Origin: Eimeria praecox
Lineage: Eukaryota
DNA length: 64,000 bases
Reading direction: 5' to 3'
NCBI GenBank assembly: GCA_963920595.1
Contig: OY986946.1
Coordinates: 7,998,001 to 8,062,000 of the forward strand
Shown: in pieces, positions 52,850 to 64,000 of the stretch
Layout of the letters: the number at the start of each line of letters is the position of its first letter
How positions within the stretch are numbered: the stretch's first letter is position 1
Position numbers and translations under genes: made by a program
Notes under the pieces: model-generated
Databases searched by the model: none
Seen by the model: the letters and a program-made list of their open reading frames with translations, nothing else
What the model was told of the DNA's origin: nothing

Positions 52850-53305
52850 TATATAATTATATAGATAATTAAGTATTATTACTATCATTATTATTATTAT
52901 TTATTCTATTTATTTATTTATTTATTTCTCATCTCCTCCACACTCTCTACTTTGTTCCCTTCATAGAGTCCTCTGCTCTTATTGCACCTGCTTCTTGATT
53001 TAAATAATAAATAAATATTAAATTAATTAAATTAATTAATAAATTTAATTAATTAATTAATTAATTTAATATGTATTTATTATTTTAACAACCATAAACT
53101 AATACTAAATGAAGTTATTAAAAGCTTCATATAATTCATAAACAAATAATTAATTTTAATTAATTAATTAATTAATTAATTAATTAACTAATTAATTAAT
53201 TAAATAATTAATTAATTAATTAATTAATTAATTATTTAATTAATTAAATATACTTATGCTATCCCCTCCTCCCTCTCAGGTAGCAGCCATCTGCCCTTCT
53301 GACTG
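51603..53305 (+). CDS. Hypothetical protein, tentative multi-exon model, possibly with an Ig/IPT-TIG-like beta domain
   Basis: Non-repetitive coding-like blocks: 51603-52112 (..LLVGLVEVLTPTT, GTAAG donor), 52213 to about 52408 (VAVVVPSSSPMRVRQWVPFEIAVGG..GDQWSY), about 52587-52774 and about 53279-53305 (VAAICPSD*). The start codon and later junctions are uncertain. Confidence 0.4.
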
Positions 53306-53406
53306 AACACAATTCTAACATTTTTTCTTCAATTTCAAACAAAAGACAAAATTATATAAAAATTAATTAAATTAAATTAAAATAAATAAAAAGTTTTTAA
53401 AAAAAA

Positions 53407-61071
<7,665 letters not shown>

Positions 61072-61923
61072 ACTGCCTCTCACGCACAACTGTTGCAGAT
61101 AAAACCTTTAAGATATTACTCAAATTTTAAAAAAATTAATAAAAATATGCAAAATTCCAAAAAATTATTTGTAGATGTTGACAGATCTGAAGTTAAGTAT
61201 ACCCGAAAACCTGAATGCAGCCGCGGTTTCCTGGGGTGTATAGACACTCCAACGCGAATGAACCAACAGAATGTGCTTCTAATTTCATAAAATGACTAAA
61301 ATTATCCAATATATTTCCAAATTAATACAAAATATTTAATAATTGCAAAAATTTGATGTCGATGTGGGGCCCCCGTTTCACTGGGCCTCAGTTCGGCTGC
61401 TGCTATGTTGAGCCCGTCTAGCCACCAGATGCAGGCAATTAGAGTATTTTAATTCAATTAATTTCTTTTTAATGTGTTATTATCAACATATAAAATGTTA
61501 TTTCTGTAAATAATATCATATCTTTAACTTCAATCTCGCACACTCTCTAGCGGGTTTAATCCGAGGGCCCCACGATGCTGCAGACAGTTTGTATGAACCG
61601 AATTCGGTATAACTGTTGTTGTTGTTTCCTCTATTTCCTCTGTTTGTGTGTATTTGTTTCTTTTTATTTATTTATTATGTGTTTGAATCCGTTGAAACTG
61701 TCTACTATCTGCTGTTGATCGAGGGTTTCCTGGTGTGTCTCGACAGCTTCTGCTCTGCGGTGTCTTCATGTCGAGCTCTGTCAGTTGACGACAGCACAAC
61801 ACTTGTTATTCTTTTTGTATTTTATCACATAGAGAGATGAAATATACGAATCCTTAGATTATATTTGGCTTAAATGCCTTATAAATAAATACATATACTC
61901 AAATCGCGGAGGCAGGGAAAGCA

Positions 61924-62098
61924 ATGACATTTCTTCGTTTTTTACTTCATTTCATCTTCTTCTTTGATGTTTATTTGACTCATTTATTCGTTCCTGCGAT
62001 TTGTTTAAATATAAAAATACATGAAACATCACGTCTGGGGTTTCTTAAACCGGAGGGGCTCCTCTTATACAACAGCAGCAGCAGCAGCAGCAGCAGCA

Positions 62099-62129
<31 letters not shown>

Positions 62130-63037
62130 GGGAAAGACAAGCGTAATTACTAAGCACTTTCCTCTTGTATCTCCACTCCAAAATGCAATCACACAAGCAT
62201 ATCAGAAGAACTCGCGCTGCAGTGAGGTGTATGTACACCCGGCAGAGCAAGAACTGCCTCTTCCCCCAGATCCGCATGCATCTAAAGAAGAAGAAACTGA
62301 AGATGCTTCAAATGATTTAATTTGTGAAGAAGATATTGATGAAGAGGAAAGTCAAGAAGAAAATAAAGAAAAGAAAGAAGAAGAAGAAGACAAAGGCCCC
62401 AAACATACAAACGAAATTCAAATCAAAAAACACAGAGGAGATGAGTGGCATGCTCGTCGTCTTAAACAAAAACAAGTTCGTTCAATGATTGATGCTGCTG
62501 CTGCTGCTGCTGCTGCTGTTGCTGCTGCTGTTGTTGCTGCTGCTGCTGTTGCTGCTGCTGTTGTTTGTGCTGCTGCTGCTGACACTGCTGCTGCTGCTGC
62601 TTCTGCTGCTGTATAATGTGTCTCGATGAAGTTGAAGGTGGCCTTTGCCAATCTACGTAATTGAATTAGGAAGAAGAAAGGACTTGTCATGACTCAAATT
62701 TAGGGTTTAGGGTTTAGGGTTTAGGGTTTAGGGTTTAGGGTTTAGGGTTTAGGGTTTATGCTGCAGCGCCACGTAGAATATCTGCAGCGAGGCCAGCGCT
62801 TAGGTTCTTTTTCAAGACGTGTGCGTGGGCAGACGTATCTCCCTACAAGTGAGAAGGAGAAGATAAATAAACAATTAAACGAAGCAGAACAAAGAATAGA
62901 TAAAATGATGGAGGGGAAAGACGTAGAAATTGAATTAAAAGAAACACAAAATTGCACTGTCACTGTTGATGCTCGCCTTTCAGGACATTTCACAAGAGAG
63001 GTAGGTGCAGATACACCTGAAATGCATGTATATACAC

Positions 63038-63107
<70 letters not shown>

Positions 63108-63628
63108 TAGTACATAAACACATTTGTTATATATATATATATATATATATATATAACAAATGTGTTTATGTACTAAGGTTGTTTCTATGTGCATCTTCGT
63201 AGAGAAGAAAACAGAAAGGGAGCGTCGGTTTATTTGTATTTGTTTTGTGGTATTTGTCTGTGTATACAAATAAAAGCAATAAAAGAATAGAGATATATTG
63301 TATATTAATGGCTGTCTTCAACATATCAGATTATGTTTTTTTTTTTTCTTTTTTTTTTAATCTACATATTTTCTTTTCTTTGTTTATTTATTTATTTTTT
63401 GTTTAGTTGTGGCAATTAGCTCTAAGCTCATTAAGATCTTCTACTCGTTCCGCCTACTCTTCTTCTCCTCTAGATATGTCTACTGCTTATCTTCTTCATT
63501 CTGCGGGAGGATCTACGGCAGTTAAGAAGAATTTACTTCACTTCTTAGCTGCGGCAATTAAAAGAAAATGCTCCATACAACACCAAACTAACTTCCTAGG
63601 GGACCTTCAATATACAGAAGTAAGATAG

Positions 63629-63710
<82 letters not shown>

Positions 63711-64000
63711 GTATATATATATTATTTGTTTTCTCTTCTACTTCTGCTATCAGCTGTTGTATGTTGTATAATGTATTTGTGTTTTTCTTGTTTGTTTCTT
63801 TCTGTATGTGTTTTTTCTTTATTTTTTGATATCCTCACGGATTTCATGAATCAAATCATTGTATTTATTTTTATTTTGTTGTATTTTATTCTTCTATATT
63901 ATATTTTATTTTGTTTTTTCTATTTATTTTATTACTTTACAGGATATAGAGGAGGTAGCGAGTCGCATCTCCCCCGGCAGCCCTCTGAATATTCAACTGA
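61924..64000 (+). CDS. Signal-peptide protein with a putative trigger-factor N-terminal (ribosome-binding)-like domain, candidate apicoplast protein, 3'-truncated
   Basis: Exons 61924-62475, 62767-63000, 63407-63619 and 63943 to beyond 64000 are all phase 0. A hydrophobic N-terminus (MTFLRFLLHFIFFFDVYLTHLFVPAIC) is followed by a Ser/basic segment. The C-terminal part VEIELKETQNCTVTVDARLSG..YLLHSAGGSTAVKKNLL..GDLQYTEDIEEVASRISPGSPLNIQL resembles plastid Trigger_N proteins by recalled pattern. Confidence 0.55.
63106..63177. repeat. Perfect 72-bp palindrome (23-bp arms around (AT)13)
   Basis: CTTAGTACATAAACACATTTGTT-(AT)13-AACAAATGTGTTTATGTACTAAG. Confidence 0.95.

Overview
This is eukaryotic, intron-rich genomic DNA from a coccidian apicomplexan, very likely Eimeria. 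The evidence is pervasive (CAG/CTG)n tracts, interstitial telomere-like (AAACCCT/AGGGTTT)n arrays, TGCATGCA octamers and AT-rich microsatellite introns. Most ORFs in the supplied track are repeat artefacts. Splicing by hand at GT..AG junctions with phase checks recovers about 10 genes. In order: a 5'-truncated cap-1 2'-O-methyltransferase (CMTR1/FtsJ-like) with a poly-Q tail (+), a small RRM-like protein (+), cohesin SMC3 (+), a small C20orf85/CIMIP1 (LLC1)-like axonemal protein (-), actin-related ARP4 (+), farnesyltransferase beta (-), PAM16 (+), a hypothetical protein (+), TRM11 (-), and a 3'-truncated signal-peptide protein with a plastid-type trigger-factor N-domain (+). The most notable observations are: (1) exon ends and splice junctions are repeatedly duplicated into introns or 3' flanks, some with synonymous-biased divergence; (2) telomere-like repeats sit at splice sites, often as complementary intron arms, and directly upstream of start codons; (3) a dispersed GGTGTAYRTACACC palindrome family; (4) SMC3 lacks the Eco1-acetylated lysine pair; (5) a candidate apicoplast trigger-factor-like protein. 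All family calls come from recalled motifs, not database searches.
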